IMG/VR virus record: IMGVR_UViG_3300013308_000012
Length of the DNA: 37,762 nucleotides
DNA from: a virus
Strand: one strand, 5' to 3'
Shown: one piece after another, positions 8,561-17,840 of the stretch
Layout of the letters: every line of letters begins with the position of its first letter
Numbering within the stretch: the stretch's first letter is position 1
Notes under the pieces: generated by a model
Seen by the model: the letters and a program-made list of their open reading frames with translations, nothing else
Database searches by the model: none
What the model was told of the DNA's origin: nothing
Translations under genes and position numbers: made by a program

Positions 8561-10472
8561 AGACGCCTCGTTGCAGGAAGCACGCAGCAGCAGCAGCAAA
8601 TCCTCTGGATTCTTCCTGAGCCCTGACGATATCGGCGTCAGCCTGCGCCATCATTTCCCGAGCAGAGACGGTGATCGGATTGCCGTCAGCGTCCATCGCG
8701 CCGGTGGACAAGCGCATATCGTCCATGCGGGAAAGGATTTCGTCAGCAACCTGAATCTCTGGGTCCGATGCAGGCTTGCCCGCTTCTGATGCAGCACCAG
8801 GGCTTTCTGATGCAGGTTTGGCCGGTTCTGATCCGCTTTTCGGCGCTTTTGATGCAGGGGCTGAGCCTTTCGCTTCCGGTTTTGCTGCCTCTTTCGGAGT
8901 GCCGATATCCAGCAGCTTGGCCTGCAATGTCGGATCGGCGCGTTCGATATCGTCAAGGATGCGGCGGATTTCCTGCTGTGCAACCTGTGCCATAGAAGTG
9001 GGAGGGGTTGCCTCTGATGCCGGCCGCTCAACCTTGAACACTGGCCCAGAGGGTGATACCCATTTGACCTCGCCCTCTACATTCTCAAGCTTTGCGGCAG
9101 GGTTTCGGGTGACGCTGTACCCGCGATCAGCAAGTTTCTCGTAGACGCGAGCCGCCGCTTTGCTCACTTCAACATCTGAAACCAGCGATCGTCCAGATTG
9201 GAAGGCCTGATCTGCCAGCTTTGCATATGCATCAGTGCCGACGCCCTTACCGCTGTAGTCATCGCCGATTGTCGCAGTGGTGACCTTGATACTATCGGGC
9301 GTGACGTTGCCAACGATTCGGCCTATCTCATGTGGCTCAACGCCGGGAAGGTGCGACTGATCAGGTGCCCCCTTATCCTTGATAACGTAACGAAAAGAAT
9401 TTTCGTTGTTGTCGATTTCCAACCCCGCCTCGGTGGCCTTGCCCTTCCCTCCTGGAACTGCCGAGGAAATCTCGGTGGTTCGCATGAACTCGGCCGAATG
9501 GATGCTATCCGGCAGCACCACCGGTTCGCCCCGGGTGAGCTGGGCAATGGCAGTCTGGATTGCGTCCTGGTGCGCAATGGCTGATTTGGGGCTGATCGGC
9601 GCACCTGGTGCGGTGTCGATATCGGCATGCTGGTAAGTACGTTCGGCCAGCGCCGCATCGACCTGCTCAGTGGTTGGGCGACGAAACCCGGCCCGGCCAA
9701 TACCGAAGAACGCCGCACCTAGAATCACATCCGTAGCAATGGCTGTGCCGTCCATGGCGTGATACTGGGCGGCCTGCGTGTGATAACCACCACTCTCCAG
9801 CAGCGCAGCCGTGGCGCCACGCCCAGCCATGCCCAGCCCTACGTTCGCTCCCATAGCGATTGCAGCGTCACCAAGCAGCGGCTTGACGAAGCGCGCCGCC
9901 GGCAACACCACGCCCAGCCCGGTAGTAAGCGCATCGATCCCGCCCTTGGCATAGGCCGTCGTCTCATCGATCCCTTCGGCAACTGCCGTCTGCTTGCTGG
10001 CGTAACCGGTAGGCCCGCCAGCAGCCACTGCGCCGCCCACTGGACCGGCGAGCATCGTACCCACCACGGTGCGCGGAAGGATGGCAGCGGCTTCGCTCAG
10101 TATCTGCCCAACCACACCAACCTCGGTAGGGTCAGGGCGCAGCAATTCAACCGCCTGAGCTGTGTCCTTACCAATGATATCCGCCCGGCGCTCGGTGTCG
10201 GTGTTGATCTGCTGAATCTGCTGCTCGGCGTCCTGGCCATCCAGCACCATCCCGCTGAGCCCGAGCCCCATCGCCTGATCGGCGCCAGCCGCCTGAACCA
10301 CCAGCGACTTGGCCGTATTCACAGCCTCGATGCCGCCGCGCACCAAGCCCTGACCGAACGCGTCAGAAACCCCGGCAAATGCACCAGGGGCCGGCTTGTC
10401 CTCAGTTCGTCCAAGTCGCTGATCCTGGCTCGCGGCTTCGTTATCTTCGACCAATCCGTCTAACCAGCTCAT
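8559..10472 (-). CDS. Internal virion protein with a Gly/Ala-rich hydrophobic N-terminal region and a central GNAT-like segment
   Basis: 637-aa ORF coupled to its neighbour by an ATGA overlap. Residues about 350-485 contain ...IGDDYSGKGVGTDAYAKLADQAFQSG...AARVYEKLADRGYSV, which resembles GNAT motif A/B. Confidence 0.65.
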   Translation of the reverse strand: MSWLDGLVEDNEAASQDQRLGRTEDKPAPGAFAGVSDAFGQGLVRGGIEAVNTAKSLVVQAAGADQAMGLGLSGMVLDGQDAEQQIQQINTDTERRADIIGKDTAQAVELLRPDPTEVGVVGQILSEAAAILPRTVVGTMLAGPVGGAVAAGGPTGYASKQTAVAEGIDETTAYAKGGIDALTTGLGVVLPAARFVKPLLGDAAIAMGANVGLGMAGRGATAALLESGGYHTQAAQYHAMDGTAIATDVILGAAFFGIGRAGFRRPTTEQVDAALAERTYQHADIDTAPGAPISPKSAIAHQDAIQTAIAQLTRGEPVVLPDSIHSAEFMRTTEISSAVPGGKGKATEAGLEIDNNENSFRYVIKDKGAPDQSHLPGVEPHEIGRIVGNVTPDSIKVTTATIGDDYSGKGVGTDAYAKLADQAFQSGRSLVSDVEVSKAAARVYEKLADRGYSVTRNPAAKLENVEGEVKWVSPSGPVFKVERPASEATPPTSMAQVAQQEIRRILDDIERADPTLQAKLLDIGTPKEAAKPEAKGSAPASKAPKSGSEPAKPASESPGAASEAGKPASDPEIQVADEILSRMDDMRLSTGAMDADGNPITVSAREMMAQADADIVRAQEESRGFAAAAACFLQRGV

Positions 10473-12490
10473 TTGACTTTCACCACCATGGGTTCTTTGG
10501 TCGTCGGGTCGATCTGCACCCGACCCGCGTTCAGCAGGTAATACGAGCCTTCCTTACCAGGGACCGGCGACAGCGGCATATCTTCAAGCTGTCCGACCGG
10601 GAATTTGGTGCGGGCGGCCAGGCCTTCCAGCTCGATATCCACGACCTTATCGAACATCTTGTCAGTCATGCCGTAGGGCTTGATGACCTTCGCCCCGCCG
10701 CGCTCACCCACGCCGCCGGTGGCCATGTTCACGGCCTGCTCAGCCAGCTTGCTGTCAATCTCTGGTGACGCCCCGTCGTGTGTTATGCCTTTTGGCCCGG
10801 ACATGCCCGCGTACAAGGACTTGAAGGCCAGATAGGCCTGCTCGCGCTGAGGCGTGCCAGGAGTGAGCGAATTGCCTACATGCTCATCAAAGGCCTCGCG
10901 AAACATGGCGTCCTTTGGCATTGGGGTGGATTTGTCGCTAAGCACCTTGGCGCCTGACAGCAAAGTCTGCGGCACGTTGGTGCCGTCCTCGCCCTTGAGT
11001 CCGCGGAACTGCGCCATGCCGGCCAGAACGGTGATGGGCTGGTCGGCAGCCAATGGCTTGATGGCGGCCGCGTAGTCGGCGCCGGAAGGCGATGATGCAG
11101 CGATGGCGCCAAAGATCTGCAGCTTGGTGCCGTCATCTGCCTGGGCCAGTACCGACGTGAGCATCTGTTGCTCTTCAGGTTTCCACGGGCTGCGCGCCAC
11201 CTCAGGACCGTAGGCCTTGCGCATGGAGTTCACCACATCGAAGCGGTGCGCGATCTGCTCGCCCAGCTTGGCCTGGCCTTCTGGGGTGGTGATGCCGGAC
11301 ACGTCCAGCGGTTCAACGTCTTGCCCGGTGCGCATGGCGTTGAAGGTCAGCGGGTTTTCACGCAGCAGCTTGGTGTTGTTGTCGATGGCGGTTTGCAGGC
11401 GCTGGACGTTGGCCTGCTCGGTGACGCTCGCACCCTTCTGGGCCATCTGCACCCGCATCTGATCAACGTACTGCTGTTGAACGGCGATGGGCTGGCGCAA
11501 CAGCGTCTGCACCTGATTCATTTCGCCTATGCGGGTGTTGTACTCGCCGGCGGCAGACGTGCCAGAAAGTCCGGCTTTCCACCGTTGCTGATCCGCCGGC
11601 GTCGGCGGGATGCCAGTTGCGGCCTGGCGATCCATCTGGGTAAGGATCCGCTCGGCTTTCACTTCGCGCATTTCCGCCTGACGCTGCTGGTGTTCCTTCA
11701 CCTGGAAGATGCGGCCGCTCACCGTGTTGAGCAGCTGGGTGCGCTTCTCCGGGTCCAGCTTCTTGGCGTAAAACCCGTCCTCGGCAGTGAGGTCGTGCTC
11801 AACCTTCTGCAAGCTGCCTAGGCTTTCGCGGGCTTCGATGACTCGCTGGGTGGCGTGCGTGCTCCAGTTGCTGTCCTTGAATTCCTGCTTTTTGCTGGTC
11901 CACGCCTCGCCAAAGGCCAGGTGCCCGGCAATGTCGATATCCTCGGCATCCATGCGCGCATTGATCTGCTCGACGTTGGCGCCGGGCATTGCAGCGTCCT
12001 TGCCAAGCATATCCATGCGGGAAGTCAGATCGCTTTGCGCGGCGACAATACGGCCCTTGGCGGAAGCCTCGCGCACCTTGTCCAGGCCGCCGAGCTGCAT
12101 GCGCTTGAGCGAGTTGCCGATTTCACCCTGCTGGGCCTCGTCGAGCCCAGGCGTGTCCAGCGGCTCGAGCTTCGATACGGCCGTGTTGTAGGCTTCCTCC
12201 GACTTTTCATAGCTGAGCTTGCCTGTGCGCATCTGCTCATCAAGGTCGGTGGCGATGGTCTTGATTTGCGATTCACGATCGATCAGCGCGTTACTGGCTT
12301 TCACCCTGGACAGGGCTTTGTCCTGCTGGTTTACCTGATCCAGGACGTTTAGCGCCGTGTTCTGGATGGTACTGGCGGCCTGCTGCGCCACTTGATCCTG
12401 TGCACGCGTGTCCACGGGCATGACGCGGTTTTGCGCAACATCCTGCTGCACTCGGGTGGTAGCGAAGTTGCCCAGCGGAATCTGTGCCAT
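10469..12490 (-). CDS. Internal virion protein (T7 gp15-position analogue)
   Basis: 673-aa ORF, Gln/Ala-rich, coupled to both neighbours by overlapping start and stop codons. Confidence 0.6.
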   Translation of the reverse strand: MAQIPLGNFATTRVQQDVAQNRVMPVDTRAQDQVAQQAASTIQNTALNVLDQVNQQDKALSRVKASNALIDRESQIKTIATDLDEQMRTGKLSYEKSEEAYNTAVSKLEPLDTPGLDEAQQGEIGNSLKRMQLGGLDKVREASAKGRIVAAQSDLTSRMDMLGKDAAMPGANVEQINARMDAEDIDIAGHLAFGEAWTSKKQEFKDSNWSTHATQRVIEARESLGSLQKVEHDLTAEDGFYAKKLDPEKRTQLLNTVSGRIFQVKEHQQRQAEMREVKAERILTQMDRQAATGIPPTPADQQRWKAGLSGTSAAGEYNTRIGEMNQVQTLLRQPIAVQQQYVDQMRVQMAQKGASVTEQANVQRLQTAIDNNTKLLRENPLTFNAMRTGQDVEPLDVSGITTPEGQAKLGEQIAHRFDVVNSMRKAYGPEVARSPWKPEEQQMLTSVLAQADDGTKLQIFGAIAASSPSGADYAAAIKPLAADQPITVLAGMAQFRGLKGEDGTNVPQTLLSGAKVLSDKSTPMPKDAMFREAFDEHVGNSLTPGTPQREQAYLAFKSLYAGMSGPKGITHDGASPEIDSKLAEQAVNMATGGVGERGGAKVIKPYGMTDKMFDKVVDIELEGLAARTKFPVGQLEDMPLSPVPGKEGSYYLLNAGRVQIDPTTKEPMVVKVK

Positions 12491-13008
12491 CAGGCGTTAC
12501 CCCCAACCTTTGGTGCTGTGCCATTGGTTCCGGCCGCCGAAGCCTTCCATGCCATGCCGGCCTGGGCGCCCGCTGACAGAACGGTGCCGATCGATTGGGA
12601 GTTGGCGTTGCTGCGCGCCTGCTGCCCTGCCAGCGTGTAGTTGGCTGCATCGGTATTTAGGCGGGCGCCTTGGTTGCGTCCATTGAAGATGGTCAACGCC
12701 GCGTCTTCCTCGGCGTTGCCGATGATTTCCTCGTTGATATTGATCGCGGTCCCCTCGCCCACTTGAACACCAGATCCAGCCAGCGCTGCGTTGGCCTCAC
12801 TGGCCTGATTGCGAGCCAAGCGACGAATACGGTCAGCCTGCACCACGGCAGCACTGGCGGCCGTGTCAGCGTCCAGCTTCGACTGGTCGGACTGGGCGTC
12901 AGCGTTCATCTGCGCCTGTTTGCCGGACTGCTGTGTGGTGTAAACGGAATAAACCGTCGCTGCTGCCAAGGCCGCATAAGCGGCCATCCCTACTGCGCCT
13001 ACAGCCAT
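12490..13008 (-). CDS. Small internal virion protein (T7 gp14-position analogue)
   Basis: 172-aa ORF with a hydrophobic N-terminus (MAVGAVGMAAYAALAAATVY) and an Ala/Gln-rich body. Confidence 0.55.
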   Translation of the reverse strand: MAVGAVGMAAYAALAAATVYSVYTTQQSGKQAQMNADAQSDQSKLDADTAASAAVVQADRIRRLARNQASEANAALAGSGVQVGEGTAININEEIIGNAEEDAALTIFNGRNQGARLNTDAANYTLAGQQARSNANSQSIGTVLSAGAQAGMAWKASAAGTNGTAPKVGGNA

Positions 13009-13010
13009 GA

Positions 13011-13454
13011 TCAGATCTCCATCATCAAGAGCGGGCCGATGCGGCGCAGCCCTTGCGATTCATAAAGCCGGGTCGTCCCTTCGACGTTGACGCCGGTACC
13101 AATGCCCATATAGATCTGAGTGGCGCCCTTGATCCTGGCCCACTCCTTGAATGTCTGGATAAGCCGCACCGCATGCACCCCGCCGCGCGCTGAAGGTTCG
13201 ACAAAAATGGAGTAGTCATAGGCGATCAGTTCATGGCTGAACCACTGATCAACGACCGCGCCAGCCATCCCGCCAACGATGTTGCCGGCTACCTCGGCCA
13301 CAAAGATGACGCCCTGACCATTGATCAGCTCGTGGAAGAAGTCCCCGGTCTTCTCTGGGCAGAACGCCATTTTTGAATAATCGCTCGTCGCATGCAGAAG
13401 GATGGCCAGCTCGACAAGGCGCGGGACATCAGAGTGAATTGCTGGCCTGATCAT
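13011..13454 (-). CDS. GNAT-family N-acetyltransferase embedded in the virion module
   Basis: 147 aa. It has the pattern ...IFVEPSARGGVHAVRLIQTFKEWARIKGA...LYESQGL. It is tightly packed between tail tubular B and the internal virion genes. Confidence 0.7.
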   Translation of the reverse strand: MIRPAIHSDVPRLVELAILLHATSDYSKMAFCPEKTGDFFHELINGQGVIFVAEVAGNIVGGMAGAVVDQWFSHELIAYDYSIFVEPSARGGVHAVRLIQTFKEWARIKGATQIYMGIGTGVNVEGTTRLYESQGLRRIGPLLMMEI

Positions 13455-13463
13455 GGTGACCCC

Positions 13464-15614
13464 TCAGTCGTTGAACGTAATTTTTTTGATGACGCACAGC
13501 AGGTGAAACGGCAAAGGCTGGTCCTGCTCGATTACCAGTTGGGCCTGGCCGCGCTCCCACCCGAGGTTCTCCATTCGGTGATCGCCCGTGAACAGCACCG
13601 GAGGCTTGTCAAGGATCTGCTCGCCCAGGTTGCGAAAGGCGACCGTCTGCCCGTTGATCTTGCAGCCGATGGTTTCGAGGAAGCGCAAGGTGATTTCACC
13701 AATGCGCATGCTGTTGCCTTGCGCGCTTCCGGTGCTGCCGGCCACGTCTGGAGTAAGTGTTTTGATTCGGGTTTTGAAGTTGAGCCCGATTTGAACTGCG
13801 AACGCATTGCGCGGCAATGTGATCTGGCCGCCCGCCACGGTCTGCTGCTGCATGACTACTCCGTCTGCGACCACGTCCACCAACTTACCTTCAAGATGGT
13901 CGAGCCCGGACCAGGTAGCAGAACCCGGCCCGCTGGTTGCGACAACGCCACAATCAACACGCACGCCAGAGACGAATCGCTCCAGGTAGCGCACGGTGGA
14001 CCCGCTCACCGTCCGCTTGACGATGGCCCAAATCTGTTCGCCGGTCGGCGTAGGGACTGATGCGACTGACTCAAAAGCCCCATCGGTGATTTGGCGAGCC
14101 CAGCCAACAACGTCCTGATCCCGGTCAACGGTAAGGGTGGCGATCACACCGTCAGAGCGCACCAGGTAGAGGATGGATTCCGGCTCCTGCTGATACGCCA
14201 TATCGACGATGCCGGGCTTGGTTATGTGCTCAGACAGCACCGACATATCAGGCGAGCCGTAGGTATCGGAGTCGTACTTGTAGGCCATGGCACGCAGTTT
14301 GCGATTTGATTTCTGGATGAAATACAACTCGTTGCCGATGCGGACGGGCTTCACGCTGTTGCAGCCATAAACCGAAGGGTTCTTGACCTGAATGTTGGTT
14401 GGGGTGATGGGCTTCTCAACGCCGCCGGCAAGGGTGAACTCCCCGCCATAGGTCAGCGCAATCAAGGCCTTGGTCTGGGCCATGTGCGAAATAGGGTTGA
14501 TCTGGTCGCTGTTCACCGTGTACGCCATAGCGTCATCATCCTTGGTGCCCAGCTCGAAGTTCAGATACTCGCCCGTGCGCGACTGCCAGACGGTTTGCGG
14601 GTAGCTGGGAGAGCCAGCAGCAACAAGGCGCTGCTCGTACAGCGTGCCTGTGCAGGGGAAGCCGTCAATGATGTTCCAGACTGGCGCCTCAAGGCTCCAG
14701 GCGTTGGCAGGTGAAGCGACGATCGCGGTCATCGCGGATCGAATGACCCCGCTCACGATGGTAGAGCTGGTGTAGGTGGTGATCTGGACCAGCCCGCCGT
14801 TGATCTTCACGAACTTTCCGATGTCATCCGATCGCCAGCCAGCAGCCGACAGCGTCAGGCTGGTGGATGCACCAACCGGATCCTTGGCGCTTGGGGTGTT
14901 CGCGGTCTGCGGCGAACCCTGAAGCCCCCAGTTGGCCATCGACACAGCCGGGAAAGCGTTCAGCACGTTGACCGTCACACTGTTTGCGGCGCCGACAGCG
15001 GTGATGGTTGCAACACCGCCACCCGACCAGATTTCACGCCCGACGTCGGCAGCCAGGAACCCGCTCGCCACGGTGACAAGGGTTCGACCGGTGCCCACGG
15101 ATGGATCGCTGATCGACATCCCCGAGTTGAAGAAAATCCCTTTTTCATCAAACGGGGTGGTCACGAATGGCGCAGTGGCAAGGCTCCAACTCGTATCGCT
15201 GATACGGCGCAGGCGGCAGATTGGCACCTGCTGATTGAAAATGAACATGGTGTCAGCACCCTGCACGTAATCAATCTCGGTGAGCATCGCCTCGGTGTAG
15301 GGGCTCGCCAACTCGACACCGGTGTAGGCACCGCTCAGGTAGTAGATCCGTACGTACTGGTCGCCAAACTCACACATGTAGGCCTGTGATTTGTTGAAGA
15401 TGTACGGGATTAACCGCGCTCGCTTGTCGGCGAACTTGGCCGGTGCGGCGATGAGGGTTCCGTCACGCCGGCAACCGCCCCCGTGAACCAATGGCCAAGC
15501 GTTTTCGAACGTCTCGGCGCCATTCTGATAGCGGGCGATATCGGTACGGCCCAGCATGCGCGGGGAGATTTCACCGGCGGTGAAGTTGGTTTGAACAAGC
15601 GTCAGGCGAGGCAT
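13464..15614 (-). CDS. Tail tubular protein B-like (nozzle) protein
   Basis: 716-aa ORF directly after the tail tubular A-like gene with a 1-nt ATG/TAA overlap. Its size and order match T7 gp12. Confidence 0.55.
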   Translation of the reverse strand: MPRLTLVQTNFTAGEISPRMLGRTDIARYQNGAETFENAWPLVHGGGCRRDGTLIAAPAKFADKRARLIPYIFNKSQAYMCEFGDQYVRIYYLSGAYTGVELASPYTEAMLTEIDYVQGADTMFIFNQQVPICRLRRISDTSWSLATAPFVTTPFDEKGIFFNSGMSISDPSVGTGRTLVTVASGFLAADVGREIWSGGGVATITAVGAANSVTVNVLNAFPAVSMANWGLQGSPQTANTPSAKDPVGASTSLTLSAAGWRSDDIGKFVKINGGLVQITTYTSSTIVSGVIRSAMTAIVASPANAWSLEAPVWNIIDGFPCTGTLYEQRLVAAGSPSYPQTVWQSRTGEYLNFELGTKDDDAMAYTVNSDQINPISHMAQTKALIALTYGGEFTLAGGVEKPITPTNIQVKNPSVYGCNSVKPVRIGNELYFIQKSNRKLRAMAYKYDSDTYGSPDMSVLSEHITKPGIVDMAYQQEPESILYLVRSDGVIATLTVDRDQDVVGWARQITDGAFESVASVPTPTGEQIWAIVKRTVSGSTVRYLERFVSGVRVDCGVVATSGPGSATWSGLDHLEGKLVDVVADGVVMQQQTVAGGQITLPRNAFAVQIGLNFKTRIKTLTPDVAGSTGSAQGNSMRIGEITLRFLETIGCKINGQTVAFRNLGEQILDKPPVLFTGDHRMENLGWERGQAQLVIEQDQPLPFHLLCVIKKITFND

Positions 15615-16201
15615 TACCAGCCACTCCCGAACCGGGCCGCGTACAGGCGTTCATCACCCAGGGTCTGCGGTGGGTCTTCCTGTCCGTCGACGGCGCGAGC
15701 CTTGCGTGTTGCCAATTCAAGTTTTTGCTCAAGCGACTGCTGAAGCGCCGACGACTGAGTCACGGGATAGGCCAGTGCAGCGGCCATTGCCAATGTAACC
15801 AGCTTGACCAGCGAGGCATCCCACGTGCTCTCAACCTCATTGCGGAACACGTAGCGCAGTTCGAGCACGGTGGTGTTGGCCTGAATCGTTCGCCCCTCAA
15901 CCAGGTAATCGATCTGAATCCCGCTAGCACCTACTTCAAGCACCCGCATAAAGTCGGCAGGCAGTTCAAAGGATTGGTCGTAGCCAAACGATGGCGTGGC
16001 GGCATCTGGCGCAAGCACGGCACGCTTAATGGCGCAGTTCCACGGATGCGAGCGCAGCATGTCATCACGGACTGTCGGGTAGAGATTGGCGCACAGCTTG
16101 GCCCGGTCCAGGTTCAACTGGTCGGCGAAGTCGTTGATGGTCTGTGCGCCCAGCATCAGCAGCGCGTTGGAACAGATCGATACACCGGTGACCATGCTCA
16201 T
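15614..16201 (-). CDS. Tail tubular protein A-like / adaptor protein
   Basis: The ATG at 16201 is preceded by GGAGG. The 195-aa product is close in size to T7 gp11 (about 196 aa). It starts MSMVTGVSICSNALLMLGAQTINDF. Confidence 0.5.
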   Translation of the reverse strand: MSMVTGVSICSNALLMLGAQTINDFADQLNLDRAKLCANLYPTVRDDMLRSHPWNCAIKRAVLAPDAATPSFGYDQSFELPADFMRVLEVGASGIQIDYLVEGRTIQANTTVLELRYVFRNEVESTWDASLVKLVTLAMAAALAYPVTQSSALQQSLEQKLELATRKARAVDGQEDPPQTLGDERLYAARFGSGW

Positions 16202-16214
16202 CGTCAACCTCCAG

Positions 16215-16243
16215 ATAAAAAGACCGGGGCGCGCGGCCCCGGT
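16215..16243 (-). terminator. Intrinsic terminator after the capsid and small capsid-associated genes
   Basis: The minus strand reads ACCGGGGC-CGCGC-GCCCCGGT followed by CTTTTTATCT. It lies between the stop at 16272 and the start at 16201. Confidence 0.7.
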
Positions 16244-16271
16244 TAAATACTTGCCATCCATGGCACCACGA

Positions 16272-16733
16272 TTAGTTTTGGCCGGCGTACTGCGCAACCA
16301 ACGTGATGACCTGACCAGCCAGCAGAGCAGCACCGGCTACAACAGAGCGCAGTTCGCTGGTGTCAGTGGCATCACCCGGCTTGGTGACGCTGACCTCGAA
16401 CAGCCCGCCGTTGGCAAACTGGGCCTCAGCCGCAGCACTGCCAGCAGTTGCCACCGAAGTGGCTGCCATATAGCGAGCAGGCGTGACCGCATCCCCGAGA
16501 TTGAGGGTCGAAGATGCTGCGCCAACGCTGCAATACACCTTCGTGCCCGGCATGAGGCGAGCACCGAGAGGTAGGTAGCCCCACGAAATAACGTCTGCGA
16601 TCTGCTGGCCACCCACCGGTACGGTGTAGGTGCTGATGAAGGTCTGGATGTCAGCGCCTTGCACGTTCGGCTTGACCAGGGTTTGCGGGAAAGCCACTCG
16701 GGCCGCCGCGAGACTTGCGAGAACTGTTGCCAT
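16272..16733 (-). CDS. Small structural protein next to the capsid gene (candidate decoration/cement protein)
   Basis: 153-aa ORF with AGGAG 6 nt upstream of the ATG. It lies immediately downstream of the major capsid gene and upstream of the terminator. Function is inferred from position only. Confidence 0.45.
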   Translation of the reverse strand: MATVLASLAAARVAFPQTLVKPNVQGADIQTFISTYTVPVGGQQIADVISWGYLPLGARLMPGTKVYCSVGAASSTLNLGDAVTPARYMAATSVATAGSAAAEAQFANGGLFEVSVTKPGDATDTSELRSVVAGAALLAGQVITLVAQYAGQN

Positions 16734-16778
16734 GATTGAGCTCCTGAACTATGGGGAAGAAGGCGAAGCGAACGACCC

Positions 16779-17642
16779 TTACGGATCGTTGGCCGCGATT
16801 TCCACAACCTTCTCTTCTTCCACCCGCACAGCGCCGATGGACATTTTTGCGTAGATGCGGACGTTGAAGCCCTTGCCCGCATCCTTGCCGACTTCGGTCA
16901 TGATCTCGGCACCTTTGCCCAGCGTGACGCCGGACTTGGCGTAGGCGTAAGCGAAGCGGGTCGCACCAGACTTCGGCAGGCGCTCGGACGGAATCCAGTT
17001 GAAGCCCATCCACTTGCCCTTGAGCGTGCCGCTCTGGAGCATCTGCGCAGCCATGAAGTCAGCCGAGGTCAGGGTGGTGTCAGCCAGGATGTCGTTCAGC
17101 GCCTGGGCGTGATAGACCATGAACAGCTCTTCGCCGGCTTCCTCGTCCGCTTCGTTCAGGCGGAACATTTTTTTCGCCTGGATGATCTTGGTCTTGGTCA
17201 AGCCGGTACCGCCCACCGCAATTTTCTGCGAAGCCGGCAGGATGATGCCGCCAGTGGTGGCGCGGGAGCTGCTGCCCAATGCGCTGATGATCACGTCATC
17301 CTTGGCGCGGTTCAGCGAGGCAATCATGGCCTTGACGTACTCCGACGTCGGGTCAACCAACATGCGGATCTTGTCCTGGTCGTCGACCATGTCGCCATCT
17401 TCCCAGTCGTAGAGGTCCACGAAACGGGTGCTGTGCGGTTGATCATTGATCGGGGTGTCGCCGTGGCGCTGGGTGCGACGGGTCGCAGTGCGCTGGCCGA
17501 GACGGTTGACCGACTTCGACATGCCGACGATGTTCGGCTCGATCGTTACAGTCGGCTCCAGGCGGGAGGTGGCTTGTTGTGCGAGGTGCATGAAGTTGTC
17601 AGCGAACTGCTGGACAAACGCCTCGGTGATTTGCTGGGACAT
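16779..17642 (-). CDS. Major capsid protein
   Basis: The ATG at 17642 (MSQQITEAFVQQFADNF...) is preceded by GGAGTG. The 287-aa product follows the scaffold gene in the order portal, scaffold, capsid. Confidence 0.75.
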   Translation of the reverse strand: MSQQITEAFVQQFADNFMHLAQQATSRLEPTVTIEPNIVGMSKSVNRLGQRTATRRTQRHGDTPINDQPHSTRFVDLYDWEDGDMVDDQDKIRMLVDPTSEYVKAMIASLNRAKDDVIISALGSSSRATTGGIILPASQKIAVGGTGLTKTKIIQAKKMFRLNEADEEAGEELFMVYHAQALNDILADTTLTSADFMAAQMLQSGTLKGKWMGFNWIPSERLPKSGATRFAYAYAKSGVTLGKGAEIMTEVGKDAGKGFNVRIYAKMSIGAVRVEEEKVVEIAANDP

Positions 17643-17810
17643 ACGATGCACTCCAATGCAGATAAGGGGGTTGCCTGCCGGGTGTCCGCATCGCGGGCCG
17701 GGATTCCTGGCGTGCATCGGCTTTGCTGCGCCTTGGGGCTTTCCGGGTATCTGCGTGCCACCGCAGGCCGGCCCATTGCTGGGATGCCTGCGATGTTTGT
17801 GCATGGAGGG

Positions 17811-17830
17811 TGTCGGTTTCCCGACTATTT
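17811..17830 (-). promoter_or_regulatory. Late-region 20-nt motif, copy C
   Basis: The minus strand reads AAATAGTCGGGAAACCGACA. It starts 10 nt after the scaffold stop and ends 168 nt upstream of the capsid ATG. Confidence 0.55.
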
Positions 17831-17840
17831 GCAGCTGGGA

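Noticed and set aside
16755-16795. A hairpin spanning the capsid stop codon (AACGATCC-GTAA-GGGTCGTT) as a terminator or a T7-like capsid frameshift signal
   Set aside because: The stem is imperfect and has no U-tract. No plausible extended frame continues past the stop. The overlapping minus-strand ORFs here translate to sequence that does not look like protein.
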